A stretch of DNA of 64,000 nucleotides from Pleionea sp. CnH1-48 (lineage in GTDB: Bacteria > Pseudomonadota > Gammaproteobacteria > Enterobacterales > Kangiellaceae). Shown here one piece after another: positions 1-11,103 of this stretch (position 1 is the stretch's first letter; each line of letters begins with the position of its first letter). Location: positions 293,672-357,671 of the forward strand of contig NZ_JAMXSB010000005.1 in NCBI RefSeq assembly GCF_024124665.1. The letters run 5' to 3'. The notes beneath the pieces are model-generated. The model ran no database searches. It saw only the letters and a program-made list of their open reading frames with translations, and had not been told where the DNA came from. The translations under genes were made by a program, and so were the position numbers.

Positions 1-191
1 GCTGGCTTTAACTAAGGAGACTTCTTTAGGCAAAAAGTAAGTGACGAGACTATTCGCCCAGACAGGGAAAGACAGGTAAGCAATAGAGCACAGCAGTAGA
101 CATAGTAGAAAAACTCTAACAGCCCATTTATAAAACAATCTTGTTACTCTCCGGACAAAAAAAAGGCCACTGATATCAGTGGCCTTAATGT

Positions 192-1472
192 TTATTGCTC
201 GCGAGCAATGGCTCGATGACCAATGTCAGTTCTAAAGTAGACATTGTCCCAATTAACTTTGTTCAATCGGGCATAGGCTTTTTTCTGTGCCTCAGTAACC
301 GAGTCACCTAAGGCGACAACACAAAGTACACGGCCACCAGCAGTAACCACCTGCCCATCGGCAACCTTGGTACCTGCATGGAACACTTTCGAGTCATTTT
401 CTTCGGCATCCAACCCAGAAATCGCATCACCTTTGTTATAGCTCTCAGGATAGCCTCCAGCCGCCATAACCACGCCAAGTGAAGGTCGAGGGTCCCATTT
501 GGCCTCTACTTCATTCAGCTTTTGCGCAAGCGAAGCCTGACACAGTTCAACTAAATCAGATTCTAGACGCATCATAATAGGTTGAGTTTCAGGATCACCA
601 AAGCGACAGTTGTACTCTAGTACTTTAATGTTGCCTTGCTGATCGATCATGACACCAGCGTACAAAAAGCCAGTGTAGGGATGCCCCTCTGAATCCATAC
701 CTTTTACCGTAGGCCAGATAACCTGTTCCATAATGCGATCATGGATTTCCTGCGTCACAACAGGAGCAGGAGAATAAGCCCCCATACCGCCTGTATTAGG
801 CCCAGTATCACCATTGTCACGGGCTTTATGGTCCTGTGATGTCGCTAGGGGCAATACATTTTTTCCATCAACCATCACAATAAAGCTGGCTTCTTCGCCG
901 ACCAGAAATTCTTCAATAACCACTCGGTGACCCGCATCGCCAAACTTGTTTCCAGCTAGCATGTCGTCAATAGCTGCAAATGCCTGCTCTTCGGTCTCTG
1001 CAATAATAACGCCTTTACCTGCAGCCAATCCGTCTGCTTTGATAACGATAGGAGTTCCCTGCTCTCGAACATAGTTTTTCGCCTGCTCAATGTCAGTGAA
1101 ATTGCCATAAGCCGCCGTTGGAATGTCATGGCGAGCTAAAAAGTCTTTAGTAAACGCTTTAGAGCCCTCTAGTTGGGCTGCACCTTTCGTTGGTCCAAAG
1201 ATATTCATGCCAGCCTGCTGAAAAGCATCAACCACTCCAATAACAAGAGGTGCTTCAGGACCAACGATGGTTAATTCGACACTATTTTCTTTGGCAAAGG
1301 TCAAAAGAGCGTCAATATCTTCCACGCCAATATTGACGTTCTCCAATTTGGGCTCCAGCTCCGTCCCAGCATTACCAGGTGCAACAAATACTTTAGTTAC
1401 TTTAGAAGATTGAGCCGCTTTCCAGGCCAAGGCATGCTCGCGGCCACCGCCACCAATAACGAGAAGGTTCAT
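192..1472 (-). CDS. purD: phosphoribosylamine--glycine ligase (GAR synthetase)
   Basis: Full-length 426 aa with the ATP-grasp GARS N-terminus '[18 protein letters not shown]' and collinear conservation throughout. Confidence 0.95.
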   Translation of the reverse strand: MNLLVIGGGGREHALAWKAAQSSKVTKVFVAPGNAGTELEPKLENVNIGVEDIDALLTFAKENSVELTIVGPEAPLVIGVVDAFQQAGMNIFGPTKGAAQLEGSKAFTKDFLARHDIPTAAYGNFTDIEQAKNYVREQGTPIVIKADGLAAGKGVIIAETEEQAFAAIDDMLAGNKFGDAGHRVVIEEFLVGEEASFIVMVDGKNVLPLATSQDHKARDNGDTGPNTGGMGAYSPAPVVTQEIHDRIMEQVIWPTVKGMDSEGHPYTGFLYAGVMIDQQGNIKVLEYNCRFGDPETQPIMMRLESDLVELCQASLAQKLNEVEAKWDPRPSLGVVMAAGGYPESYNKGDAISGLDAEENDSKVFHAGTKVADGQVVTAGGRVLCVVALGDSVTEAQKKAYARLNKVNWDNVYFRTDIGHRAIAREQ

Positions 1473-1580
1473 TTAGGGAAGATCTCCAGACAATCAGATG
1501 TTAATGGGTAAATTTTATCTTGATCAGAAAAGAGTATAAAGCCGATTAGCAGCATTTATAGGCAAGAAGAGAGAAAAATA

Positions 1581-1617
1581 GTAAAAAAGTAAGAAGCTAA
1601 CCCTTTGTTAGCTTCTT
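1581..1617 (-). terminator. rho-independent terminator downstream of the OMP gene
   Basis: Hairpin aagaagctaac/gttagcttctt at 1591-1617, followed on the minus strand by a U-run (A-run 1581-1590 on the plus strand). Confidence 0.6.
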
Positions 1618-1632
1618 AACATAAGATATATC

Positions 1633-2187
1633 TTAGAACTTGTACTGAACACCAACGCGGAAGCCGTCAGAGTCATCATCGTCCTGATCCAGACGAGTCC
1701 ACTCAACGTAAGCGCCTAACTGCTCGGAAGCTTTAAAACGAACACCACCAGTCAGCTCAACATTCTCGTGGTTGGCATCCAGATCTTTGTAGAAAACTTC
1801 ACCGTAAAGCTCGATATTTTCGGCAACGTTTGAACGGATACCTGCGCCTAAGCCCCAACCATTTTGGCTAGTGTTATCTGTATCAAAGGCAACATAGTCC
1901 ATGTGCATGAAGATAGAAGTTGCATCAGAAATAGGCCCCATGATTCCCAGACCAACTACGGTCGAATCCAACTCTTCTTTTACGCCTGCTTCGCTGCCGC
2001 TGATATCTTCATGGCCCAGGTTTACGAAGAAGTTATCAGAGATGCTAGCATTAGCGCGGATAGAGAAACCATCCAACTGATCAAAATCAACATAACCCGC
2101 TTCTACAAAATCAAACGTTGGATTTTCGGCGAATACTGCGCCACTGGAAAGTAATGCAACAACAGATGCTGTTATTATCTTTTTCAT
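1633..2187 (-). CDS. small outer-membrane beta-barrel protein (OmpW/OmpA-like, opacity-type), paralog 1
   Basis: Signal peptide MKKIITASVVALLSSGAVFA, alternating amphipathic beta-strand pattern, and a C-terminal aromatic ...QYKF typical of an OMP signature. Confidence 0.7.
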   Translation of the reverse strand: MKKIITASVVALLSSGAVFAENPTFDFVEAGYVDFDQLDGFSIRANASISDNFFVNLGHEDISGSEAGVKEELDSTVVGLGIMGPISDATSIFMHMDYVAFDTDNTSQNGWGLGAGIRSNVAENIELYGEVFYKDLDANHENVELTGGVRFKASEQLGAYVEWTRLDQDDDDSDGFRVGVQYKF

Positions 2188-2440
2188 GAATTAGCCCTTG
2201 TTTACCTATAAAGTGAACTGCCATCGCTCCATGTCGAACGACTTCAGTTAATTCTCCTGAATTATGCCGCCTTGGGGCAATAATAATTGTTACGGTGGTC
2301 ATCCGTTCTAAGACCTACCAGATGACTCAAACAGTCAGATAGATTTTCGAAAAACACCGGGGCATTAGATTATATTTATTTCACCAGTAAATATTGGGAA
2401 TTAATGCTATTGCAAAGAGAATTAAAAAAGGTTAATGAGA

Positions 2441-2470
2441 TACAAAAAAAGGACTCAAATGAGTCCTTTC
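2441..2470 (-). terminator. rho-independent terminator downstream of OMP paralog 2
   Basis: Hairpin aggactca-aat-gagtcct (2450-2467), with an A7 run at 2444-2450 on the plus strand that gives a U-tail on the minus strand. Confidence 0.65.
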
Positions 2471-2492
2471 TTACTACCACAAAGGTTTAACC

Positions 2493-3050
2493 TTAGAAAC
2501 TGTATTGGATACCGAGGCGGAAACCATCGTTGTCATCACCTTCACCAACAAAGTATTCAGCAAAGCCACCGAAGTTTTTGTTAAAGCTCTGACGTAACCC
2601 TAAAGTAAGATAGGTTTCTTCTAAATCAACTGACTCGATATCACCATCTTTACGAGATAACTCAGCAAACAGCTCTGTACCAGCACGAACGTTAGAACGA
2701 ACACCTGCGCCAATTTCAAAACCGTCACCAGAAGCGCTACCGGCATTATTGTCGAATTCCCAGTCAAGGTAATCAACATGAGCGAAGAATGAAGTATTAG
2801 ATGTTACAGGCATTTTAAAACCAATACCGATTTTTACTTCATCAAGATCGTTGCTATCTTGACTTAGGATTTGATAGCCACCATTAAAATAAAAGTGATC
2901 ATTGATTTCTGCATTTCCTCTTAATACAAATCCATCGGCTTCATCCAATTCTGCATAACCGAATTCAACGAAATCATAAGAAGGTTGCTCAGCTAAAGCA
3001 GCGCCAGTAGAAAGAAGTGCGATTGCAGATAACGCGAATAATTTTTTCAT
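2493..3050 (-). CDS. small outer-membrane beta-barrel protein, paralog 2
   Basis: 185 aa with signal peptide MKKLFALSAIALLSTGAALA. Same length and architecture as 1633..2187, with shared motifs (YDFVE.GY, GAG.RSNV, GFR.G.QY.F). Confidence 0.7.
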   Translation of the reverse strand: MKKLFALSAIALLSTGAALAEQPSYDFVEFGYAELDEADGFVLRGNAEINDHFYFNGGYQILSQDSNDLDEVKIGIGFKMPVTSNTSFFAHVDYLDWEFDNNAGSASGDGFEIGAGVRSNVRAGTELFAELSRKDGDIESVDLEETYLTLGLRQSFNKNFGGFAEYFVGEGDDNDGFRLGIQYSF

Positions 3051-3188
3051 GTGTTTTTTCCTTCATGTTTAGTTTAAAACTCATCCTGTTTACAGACAGA
3101 AAATGATAAGTTTATTGATGTACACAGAACATCAACAAGATTTGTTACGTTCTGCGTACATACTATCAAGGAAAAAATGAATGAAACC

Positions 3189-4760
3189 TTAATGACGGAA
3201 GTGTCGCATTCCTGTGAAGACCATGGCTAAATTATGTTCATCTGCAGCGGCAATAACTTCTTCGTCGCGCATAGACCCACCAGGTTGAATAACAGCTTTA
3301 ACGCCTGCTTCTGCTGCCGCATCAATACCATCACGAAACGGGAAGAAAGCATCGGAGGCCATAACAGAACCTTTTACTTCCAGGTTCTCATCAGCGGCTT
3401 TAATTCCTGCAATTTTCGCAGAGTACACTCGGCTCATTTGACCAGCACCAACGCCGATTGTTTGCTCTTCACGCGCATAAACAATCGCATTAGACTTAAC
3501 AAACTTTGCGACTTTCCAACAGAATAAAAGATCGCGCATTTCTTCTTCCGTTGGCACTCGCTTAGTGACAATTTTTAAATCTTGCTCAGTAATTAATCCA
3601 AGATCTCTGTCTTGAACTAACAAACCGCCGTTCACACGTTTGTAATCAAATGCTTCGGCAGGTTGTGCCCACTGCCCACACTCTAATAAACGCACATTTT
3701 TCTTTTCGCTAACAACCTTGGCAGCAGCAGCAGAAATAGACGGAGCGATAATTACTTCGACAAACTGGCGCTCAATAATTGCTTTGGCTGTTGTTTCGTC
3801 CAGTTCTCGGTTAAAAGCAATGATGCCACCAAAAGCTGATGTAGGATCGGTTTGGTAAGCGCGCTCATAGGCTTCTAACAAACCCGCTCCAACAGCAACA
3901 CCACAAGGGTTTGCATGCTTAACAATAACGCAAGCTGGTTGGTCAAAACTTTTAACACACTCTAATGCAGCGTCAGTATCAGCAACATTATTGAACGACA
4001 ACTCTTTGCCTTGAAGTTGCTTTGCTGTTGATACCGATGCTTCAGTTGCACTTTCTTCAACATAAAAAGCAGCTCGCTGATGCGGATTTTCACCGTAACG
4101 CATATCTTGAACTTTTTGATATTGAACAGAGTAAGTATCTGAGAAAGTATTGGCTTCTTCTTTATTCTCTAAACGAGCACTTAAGTAATTAGAAATAGCA
4201 CCATCATATTTTGCAGTATGACCAAAAGTTTTAACCGCTAATTTATAGCGCAAATCGTAATCAGTGCCTTTGTGCTCTTTCAGTGCAGAAATCACATCCG
4301 CGTAATCATTATGATCAACGACTACGGTTACATCATTGTGATTTTTTGCGGCAGCACGCAACATGGTTGGGCCACCGATATCGATGTTTTCAATTGCCAG
4401 AGGTAAGGTGCAATCATCGCGAGCAACGGTTTGTTCGAAGGGATACAAATTAACAACGAGTAAATCAATCCCAATGATACCGTGCTCATCCATTACTTCG
4501 TTATCAGTACCTCGACGACCTAAAAGCGCGCCGTGGATTTTTGGATGTAGTGTTTTGATTCGTCCGTCCATCATCTCAGGGAAGCCTGTATATGATGATA
4601 CTTCAGTTACGTCGATATCATGTTCAGCCAGCAACTTTGCTGTTCCACCAGTTGATAGAATCTCAACGTTTAAAGCGGCTAACTGTTGTGCAAATTCAAT
4701 AATACCTGTTTTGTCCGAGACACTGATCAGCGCACGACGGACAGGTCGCAATGTTTGCAT
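3189..4760 (-). CDS. purH: bifunctional AICAR transformylase / IMP cyclohydrolase
   Basis: 523 aa. N-terminal MGS-like domain '[11 protein letters not shown]' and the AICARFT domain are both collinear with PurH. Confidence 0.95.
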   Translation of the reverse strand: MQTLRPVRRALISVSDKTGIIEFAQQLAALNVEILSTGGTAKLLAEHDIDVTEVSSYTGFPEMMDGRIKTLHPKIHGALLGRRGTDNEVMDEHGIIGIDLLVVNLYPFEQTVARDDCTLPLAIENIDIGGPTMLRAAAKNHNDVTVVVDHNDYADVISALKEHKGTDYDLRYKLAVKTFGHTAKYDGAISNYLSARLENKEEANTFSDTYSVQYQKVQDMRYGENPHQRAAFYVEESATEASVSTAKQLQGKELSFNNVADTDAALECVKSFDQPACVIVKHANPCGVAVGAGLLEAYERAYQTDPTSAFGGIIAFNRELDETTAKAIIERQFVEVIIAPSISAAAAKVVSEKKNVRLLECGQWAQPAEAFDYKRVNGGLLVQDRDLGLITEQDLKIVTKRVPTEEEMRDLLFCWKVAKFVKSNAIVYAREEQTIGVGAGQMSRVYSAKIAGIKAADENLEVKGSVMASDAFFPFRDGIDAAAEAGVKAVIQPGGSMRDEEVIAAADEHNLAMVFTGMRHFRH

Positions 4761-4844
4761 GGAAAAACCTCTTGGTTAATCGATGTAGGAAAAGAATAGA
4801 TGATGCCGGCAAGAAAAGAAATCTTGCCGGATATAAAGAATAGC

Positions 4845-5141
4845 TTAGTTAAGGCCGTAGATTTTCAACTTCTTGCGAAGTGTGCCACGGTTTAGCCCAA
4901 GAATAATGGCTGCTTTGGTTTGATTGCCGCGAGTATATTCCATAACACGCTCTAGCAATGGTGCTTCAACTTCAGCTAAAACCATGTCATATAATTCAGA
5001 AGGCTGCTGTCCATCCAACTGCGAGAAATAGTTCTGGATGGCAGTGTTCACGCTTTCGCGCAGGGTAGGCTGTTGAGATACTGGTGACAGTTCAACATTC
5101 TCCTGAGTCGCTATGGTTTCCATTGTTTCTAAAATGCTCAT
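4845..5141 (-). CDS. fis: DNA-binding protein Fis
   Basis: 98 aa. C-terminal HTH '[29 protein letters not shown]' matches Fis nearly residue for residue. Overlaps dusB by 4 nt, as in the dusB-fis operon. Confidence 0.95.
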   Translation of the reverse strand: MSILETMETIATQENVELSPVSQQPTLRESVNTAIQNYFSQLDGQQPSELYDMVLAEVEAPLLERVMEYTRGNQTKAAIILGLNRGTLRKKLKIYGLN

Positions 5142-6124
5142 GCTGCTTTTGCCTGTTTTGCTCTTTGTTGTTGAAAGTACTGCTTCGCAGCCGATAATTG
5201 TTCGTCAGCCTCTTCGATGCGGTTAAACGCACGACGAAAATCAGAACTATCGAGCTGCTCCTTCAGGTACCAGGAAACATGCTTTCTTGCTATGCGTGTC
5301 CCCTGATGCGCCCCATAAAATGAGTGCAGTTGACTAATATGCCGCAACATAATGTCTTCTACCTCATCAAGTTTTGGTTCATCCAACCGTTGTCCGGTAC
5401 GAAGGAAATGCTCGATTTCTCGAAAAATCCACGGACGTCCTTGTGCTGCACGCCCAATCATAATCGCATCCACACCCGTATAATCCAGCACATAACGTGC
5501 TTTTTCTGGGCTGGTGATGTCGCCATTAGCAATGATAGGAATAGACACATTCTGCTTGATGTCGCGAATAACGTCATACTCTGCTTCACCGCCATAACCA
5601 CATGCTCGGGTACGACCATGAATAGCCAGTGCTTGAATGCCTGCCCGTTCTGCTATTTGTGCGATCTCTAATCCATTTTTATTGTCAGAATCCCACCCGG
5701 TACGAATTTTTAGCGTAACGGGCACTGACACAGAATCAGTAACGGCGAATAATATCTGTTCAACCAGCTTAGGTTCTCTCATCAAAGCAGAACCAGCGGC
5801 CTTATTACAAACTTTCTTTGCCGGGCACCCCATATTGATATCAACAATCTGAGCACCCTGTTGCACATTGTAGCGAGCGGCTTCAGCCATCATTGCCGGA
5901 TCAGCTCCAGCAATTTGAACAGAACGCAAACCGGTCTCACCACGATGATCAGAACGCAGCTGACTTTTTCGGGTATGTCGGAGTTTTGGATTAGAAGCCA
6001 CCATTTCGGAAACGGCGGTGCCTGCTCCCAACTCTTTACAAAGCTGACGGAAAGGACGATCAGTCACGCCCGCCATAGGTGCCAGAACTAACTGATTTTC
6101 CAGTTGGTACGGACCTATCTTCAT
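5138..6124 (-). CDS. dusB: tRNA-dihydrouridine synthase B
   Basis: 328 aa. Dus TIM-barrel motifs 'LAPMAGVTD', 'DINMGCP'. Position upstream of fis. Confidence 0.9.
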   Translation of the reverse strand: MKIGPYQLENQLVLAPMAGVTDRPFRQLCKELGAGTAVSEMVASNPKLRHTRKSQLRSDHRGETGLRSVQIAGADPAMMAEAARYNVQQGAQIVDINMGCPAKKVCNKAAGSALMREPKLVEQILFAVTDSVSVPVTLKIRTGWDSDNKNGLEIAQIAERAGIQALAIHGRTRACGYGGEAEYDVIRDIKQNVSIPIIANGDITSPEKARYVLDYTGVDAIMIGRAAQGRPWIFREIEHFLRTGQRLDEPKLDEVEDIMLRHISQLHSFYGAHQGTRIARKHVSWYLKEQLDSSDFRRAFNRIEEADEQLSAAKQYFQQQRAKQAKAA

Positions 6125-6252
6125 AATACTTCGGACTACCCTGCCAGGACTGGTTAAGAAAGCGCCAAATCATACACTTTTTGCCAAACTTTGAAAACGA
6201 AAATTTTATTAGATTTCGACTTCTTTTTGATGTTTTTAATGAAAACAGACGC

Positions 6253-7839
6253 TTAATGAAATTTAAATTCGTATCCCAACACTCCAGGATGAGGATTTTG
6301 CGTTTTTATCAAGATATGGGCTTTCTTACCGGAAGGCATAGCGATGGCTTCGGATAAGTAATCGTCGGGTGTGAATTGTTCACGTGTTATAACCTTGCCA
6401 TTGGTGTCGGTAAATTTTACCTCCACCACTGGAAAGGGTTGTTCGAAGACGGCGTTATTACGCAGAATCAAATCAAACTCCAGCATGTCGGGATTGTCTC
6501 GCCCTGGTTGAATACTGCGCTGAACCAGCTCAATTTTATCGACATCCCGTCTGGGTTTTAATTCACAGGGAAGTAATGAGCACATGGAATGAACAGTACC
6601 TCCCCAGGTATCGTCCCAAGCCAGCGTCTGACGCTCTGTCCACAGGTGAAATCCGCCAAAACCTAAGCCACCAAGTATCAAAACCGTTAAGATAGCCCAC
6701 TTTAGTTTATGGCTACGTCCTTCGATCATTTCATCAAATTCATCAAGAGGATCCGGATCGAGTGACTCATTGCGCAAATTATCCGATAGCATCCCCATTG
6801 AAGGGTCGGAAGGATCGTCTGCCTGAACGGATTCCTCTTCATAGACAAATTCATTTTGCAGAGGTGCATCTTCAACCAGTTCCTGCTCAGAAAAAGTTTC
6901 TTGCTCTAACTCATAGGTGCCATCGGCGTGCCGAACTTGGTCAGATTCATCCTGAGGCTCTTCATAAGAATCAGACAATGTTGATGACGCATAAGGGACG
7001 CCACTTTCTGCATCCATTTGCAGCATTCGTTCTACTTCTGCTACCGCCTCATCTTCCATTTCGGGTTCTAATATATTAGGCAGCTCAGCGACATGCTGAT
7101 TTTCTAGTGAGCTCACATCATCAGAAACAGGACTTACTGTCTCTTCGGTATCCGCCAGAGAGAAACTATCGTCTATCCCTTCAAGTTCCAGTTCCTGATC
7201 AGCGAAATTGTCTGGCTCACTGTCTTCACTAGCCACTTCCTCTTGAACACCCTCATCAAGTTGCTCAAAAGTCGCATTATCGTCTTCTACAAAGCGCTCA
7301 ATATCTTCCAATGAAGGTTCTAACTCAGGCTCTCCTTCATCCAGCGAAGATAAACTCATATCCTCAACAGATTGCTCTATCGATTCTACTTCACCCATTT
7401 CTGGTTCCGGCATAGGCTCACTTTGATGAATAGCATGATCTGCGCTCTCATCAACTTCTTCACTGGTTTCTTCCGCCGAAGTCTTGCCATAGCTTTCAAT
7501 AGGAAAGTGAGCCTCTTGGGTCCCTTGAGAATACATAATATCCAGCTCCGCTTCTGGAGATGCGGTGAGCAGCCCTCCTTCATTAACGGATGGCTCCAAT
7601 GCTGGAGAAGTATCAATAAGACGCTCAATAGAATCGGTACTCTCAGAAGACTGTACTTCTGTAGGAGTGGGAGGTGGAGTTGCTTTCTTTTGTTTTGGAC
7701 GCACAAGAGAATCGGTTGCTTTAAAAACCGAAAGACATGCACCACAGCGGACTTTTCCGTCAGCCAGCTGAAGCTGTTTTTGAGTCACTCTAAACACAGT
7801 CTGGCAGTGCTTACAGCGAGTATAAACGTATTCCGACAT
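6253..7839 (-). CDS. MJ0042-type zinc-ribbon / DUF3426 protein with a long poly-acidic linker
   Basis: N-terminal zinc ribbon CxxC...CxxC ('RCKHCQTVFRV...RCGACLSVF'). About 330 aa of D/E/S-rich low complexity. One TM (WAILTVLILGGLGFGGF) and a C-terminal DUF3426-like beta domain. Confidence 0.7.
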   Translation of the reverse strand: MSEYVYTRCKHCQTVFRVTQKQLQLADGKVRCGACLSVFKATDSLVRPKQKKATPPPTPTEVQSSESTDSIERLIDTSPALEPSVNEGGLLTASPEAELDIMYSQGTQEAHFPIESYGKTSAEETSEEVDESADHAIHQSEPMPEPEMGEVESIEQSVEDMSLSSLDEGEPELEPSLEDIERFVEDDNATFEQLDEGVQEEVASEDSEPDNFADQELELEGIDDSFSLADTEETVSPVSDDVSSLENQHVAELPNILEPEMEDEAVAEVERMLQMDAESGVPYASSTLSDSYEEPQDESDQVRHADGTYELEQETFSEQELVEDAPLQNEFVYEEESVQADDPSDPSMGMLSDNLRNESLDPDPLDEFDEMIEGRSHKLKWAILTVLILGGLGFGGFHLWTERQTLAWDDTWGGTVHSMCSLLPCELKPRRDVDKIELVQRSIQPGRDNPDMLEFDLILRNNAVFEQPFPVVEVKFTDTNGKVITREQFTPDDYLSEAIAMPSGKKAHILIKTQNPHPGVLGYEFKFH

Positions 7840-7856
7840 CGGCGTTGAGCCCTTCT

Positions 7857-8771
7857 TTATTGTTTTTTTACGCCTTCTAATCGCACCCAGTCTTCCTGTT
7901 GGACTGGAGGCTGCATATTAAACCATTTTGAATAAACCTTCGATACTTCTTCGGCTTGCTCAGCTAACAGTCCAGACAACACCAGCTGTCCCTCTGACTT
8001 AACGAGTGCAGAAATGCTTTCTGACAACTCTGCCAATGGACCGGCAAGAATGTTAGCCACAACCACGTCAAAAGTTTGTTCATTAACAATATCTGGCATT
8101 CCCACGTCAATCGCATCAGCGGGCAAATCGTTACGAGCCATATTGTCTTTGGTTGCTATGATAGCCTGTGGATCAATATCAATAGCACTGGTTGATTTTG
8201 CCCCAAGCTTCGCAGCAGTAATCGCCAATATACCAGATCCGCATCCATAATCGAGCACGGTTTTATTGGTAAACGAATAGCTATCCATCCACTTTAAGCA
8301 TAACGAAGTGGTTGGATGTGTCCCAGTTCCAAATGCCAAACCGGGATCAAGCATAATGTTAACGGCATTCGGCTCTGGAGCCGCTTTCCAGCTCGGTACA
8401 ATCCATACCTTTTCGCCAAACTGCATCGGATGAAAATTATCCATCCAGGCGCGTTCCCAGTCTTTATCTTCGAGCGCTTCAAAATGAGGAGAAACAATCG
8501 CCTGAGCAAGAGAGTGCGACGCAATGGCGGTCAAGATTTCATTAGTGTCGACTTCAGCATCAAATAGTGCTGTCACCTTCAGTTGATTCCAGAGAGGAGT
8601 TTCGCCAGGTGCAGGTTCAAGAATAGGGTTATCTTCTGCATCTTCAAAGGTCACAGAGAGCGACCCTAGCTCCGAAAGGTAGTCTGTCACTGCTTCAACA
8701 TCGGGCTGAGTCGTACGCAGTCTTAATTGTAACCAAGGCATAATAACGTTTACATAATCATAAAGGCCCAA
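7857..8771 (-). CDS. prmA: ribosomal protein L11 methyltransferase
   Basis: 304 aa. SAM-binding motif 'VLDYGCGSGILAI'. N-terminus 'MPWLQLRL' is typical of PrmA. Confidence 0.9.
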   Translation of the reverse strand: MGLYDYVNVIMPWLQLRLRTTQPDVEAVTDYLSELGSLSVTFEDAEDNPILEPAPGETPLWNQLKVTALFDAEVDTNEILTAIASHSLAQAIVSPHFEALEDKDWERAWMDNFHPMQFGEKVWIVPSWKAAPEPNAVNIMLDPGLAFGTGTHPTTSLCLKWMDSYSFTNKTVLDYGCGSGILAITAAKLGAKSTSAIDIDPQAIIATKDNMARNDLPADAIDVGMPDIVNEQTFDVVVANILAGPLAELSESISALVKSEGQLVLSGLLAEQAEEVSKVYSKWFNMQPPVQQEDWVRLEGVKKQ

Positions 8772-8776
8772 GCATA

Positions 8777-10120
8777 TCAGAGTTTGCCGCTTCGTTTAAT
8801 TTCAAAATAGCTATTAACTATGTGAGATGCTAATTGGCGTGGTACCGAATCAACCGAAATAACGCCTTCCCGGTAGAAGTGTTCACGTAGCTGACTGCGC
8901 TGCTTTAAGTAATCCACCGTTTCAGCATAACGAATAGCATCATCCAAACTCTCAACCGGCTGCTCCATCACATCGTCCAGCACCTGTTCTCTCAGATTTG
9001 CCAGCAGTACCAGATGGTGCTTATTCAACATACGGATGGCTGGCTGTAACTCAGTAATGTCTTCATCCCTAAAGTTAGAAACCAGTACCACTAAGGAGCG
9101 CTTACGGATTTTTCGATTCAGCTCTGTCGCAACGGCAATAAAATCCGAGGCATTCAGATGAGGATGCAGATCATAAGCCTGATTGAGCATGGTATTAATA
9201 TGCTGTGTTCCTTTTTTGGGTGGCAGCCAGCGTTCTTGTCCACCAAAGCTCATCATACCAACGGCATCACCCTGCTTTAATGCAATGTAGGCCAGTAGCA
9301 ACATGGCATTTAACGAATGATCAAAATGACTGAGTTGACCATCACGAGTACGCATGCGTCGTCCACAGTCCAGTAAAAAAACAACATTTTGATCTTTCTC
9401 TTCCTGATATTCTTTCGAAATCAGCTTGTGCAAGCGCGACGTCGCGCGCCAGTCTATTTGTCTAAGAGAGTCACCAATTCGATATTCTCGCAATTGATGA
9501 AAGTCCATTCCCTCACCTCGGCGCTGCATCTGACGGATCCCCATTTGAACCGTCTGCTGATCAGCGGATAAGAGAATAAAATGATGTATCGTGGCAAAAT
9601 TAGGGTAAACCTTAACGACTTCTTCTTCGCCCGACCGTTGCAGGCGCTGCCACAATCGTAATCGAGAGTACAACAGCAAACGGACACGACCAAAGTGTGC
9701 ATCTCCACGTCGTAACGCCCGTAACCGATAAGAAAATTCTAAATGCTCACCGCCTGCAATCACCTGATTTTCAGGCACCCCCTCAGTGTCACAATGCTCT
9801 GGATAAGCATCGTTAACAAAAACCCGGATCGGATACTTTTCTCTATTAACAACTTTAAGTTTGACCTTCACTTTGGCATCAACAGGTATGCTTTGTGAAA
9901 CACTACGCTCCGCATGCACGGCAGTTGGCAGCAACATCAAAACAAAGTCAGCCAAAGCAATGAATAGCAAGGCCACGCCAAAAATGCTCCAGCCTTGTAA
10001 TAGCCAGTCACTGTAGTGAGGCCATTCCATTACTTTCTCAACAACGGCAAGAGTTAAGGCTAACGCCGACCACATAAGCCATGCAAAGACGATCAATAAG
10101 AGGTTTCGGGATGGCCTCAT
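8777..10120 (-). CDS. DUF58 (vWA-like) protein, partner of MoxR
   Basis: 447 aa. N-terminal TM segments. DUF58 core 'VFLLDCGRRMR...' Overlaps the MoxR gene by 4 nt. Confidence 0.8.
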   Translation of the reverse strand: MRPSRNLLLIVFAWLMWSALALTLAVVEKVMEWPHYSDWLLQGWSIFGVALLFIALADFVLMLLPTAVHAERSVSQSIPVDAKVKVKLKVVNREKYPIRVFVNDAYPEHCDTEGVPENQVIAGGEHLEFSYRLRALRRGDAHFGRVRLLLYSRLRLWQRLQRSGEEEVVKVYPNFATIHHFILLSADQQTVQMGIRQMQRRGEGMDFHQLREYRIGDSLRQIDWRATSRLHKLISKEYQEEKDQNVVFLLDCGRRMRTRDGQLSHFDHSLNAMLLLAYIALKQGDAVGMMSFGGQERWLPPKKGTQHINTMLNQAYDLHPHLNASDFIAVATELNRKIRKRSLVVLVSNFRDEDITELQPAIRMLNKHHLVLLANLREQVLDDVMEQPVESLDDAIRYAETVDYLKQRSQLREHFYREGVISVDSVPRQLASHIVNSYFEIKRSGKL

Positions 10121-11103
10121 TTGCGTGGGGCTTCCACATGACTAAGAATATCTGCAATCACGTCATCCGCCTGAATGCCTTCTATCTCCATTTCAGCAGA
10201 AAGCTGAATTCGGTGACGCAAAACACCGGTTGCTACAGATTTAACTTCGTCAGGAGAAACAAAGGGCTGCTCACGAATAAATGCCAGCGCACGAGCACAG
10301 CGAATTAACGCGATACTGGCCCGTGGACTTGCTCCCATACGAATACCTGACCACTCTCGAGTTGCTGCAGCCAGACGAACAGCGTACTCAAATAAGCTAT
10401 CGTCGACATCTAAATTAGCAGCAGCACGTTGGCAGGCCAAGATATGCTCCGGATTCGCTTGCGGTGTAAGTCCCTCAAGCAATGCATCGTTGTTCACTTT
10501 TCCCGTCGTCACATTTTTAACCAGAGTGACTTCATCTTCAGTCGATGGATAGGTGACAAACACTTTCATCAAGAAGCGATCCAGCTCAGCTTCCGGCAAA
10601 GGGTAAGTACCTTCCTGCTCTAGTGGATTTTGCGTAGCCATCACCATGAAAGGAGGAGTGGATGAATACGAGTGCCCTTCGATAGTAATTTGTTGCTCTT
10701 GCATGACCTCCAGCAACGAAGCCTGTGTTTTAGCTGGCGCTCGATTGATTTCATCCGCTAGCAACAAATTGGTAAACACAGGGCCTTTACGAATACGGAA
10801 TTTTTCTGACTTAGGATCATAGATAGCATGCCCCGTCACATCACTTGGCATCAGATCAGGTGTAAACTGAATACGAGAAAAATCACCACCAAAGCAACGC
10901 GCTAATGATCGCACAAGAAGCGTTTTACCAATACCCGGAACACCTTCTAACAACAAATGTCCAGCAGCAACCAGGCATACCAAGGTTTGCTCTACGATGT
11001 CATCTTGACCAATCAACACACTATTAACTTGTTGACGAATATTTTGAATCACTTGTGACAGCTCGTGATTAGAAGGCTGTTGATTTACTTGCTCTTCACT
11101 CAT
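10117..11103 (-). CDS. MoxR-family AAA+ ATPase
   Basis: 328 aa. Walker A 'GVPGIGKT', Walker B 'LLADEINRA'. MoxR-type C-terminal lid. Confidence 0.9.
   Translation of the reverse strand: MSEEQVNQQPSNHELSQVIQNIRQQVNSVLIGQDDIVEQTLVCLVAAGHLLLEGVPGIGKTLLVRSLARCFGGDFSRIQFTPDLMPSDVTGHAIYDPKSEKFRIRKGPVFTNLLLADEINRAPAKTQASLLEVMQEQQITIEGHSYSSTPPFMVMATQNPLEQEGTYPLPEAELDRFLMKVFVTYPSTEDEVTLVKNVTTGKVNNDALLEGLTPQANPEHILACQRAAANLDVDDSLFEYAVRLAAATREWSGIRMGASPRASIALIRCARALAFIREQPFVSPDEVKSVATGVLRHRIQLSAEMEIEGIQADDVIADILSHVEAPRK

Noticed and set aside
3234-4779. Antisense ORFs (97 and 138 aa) inside purH. Similar shadow ORFs lie inside typA, the oxoprolinase gene, the MFS-acyltransferase gene and others.
   Set aside because: These frames lie wholly opposite well-supported long genes and are low-complexity. 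They are typical spurious shadow ORFs.
4761-4844. Hairpin ccggcaaga-aaagaaa-tcttgccgg between fis and purH as an intrinsic terminator.
   Set aside because: Neither orientation has a clean U-tract. It may be a fis terminator or a purH regulatory element, but it could not be resolved from sequence alone.
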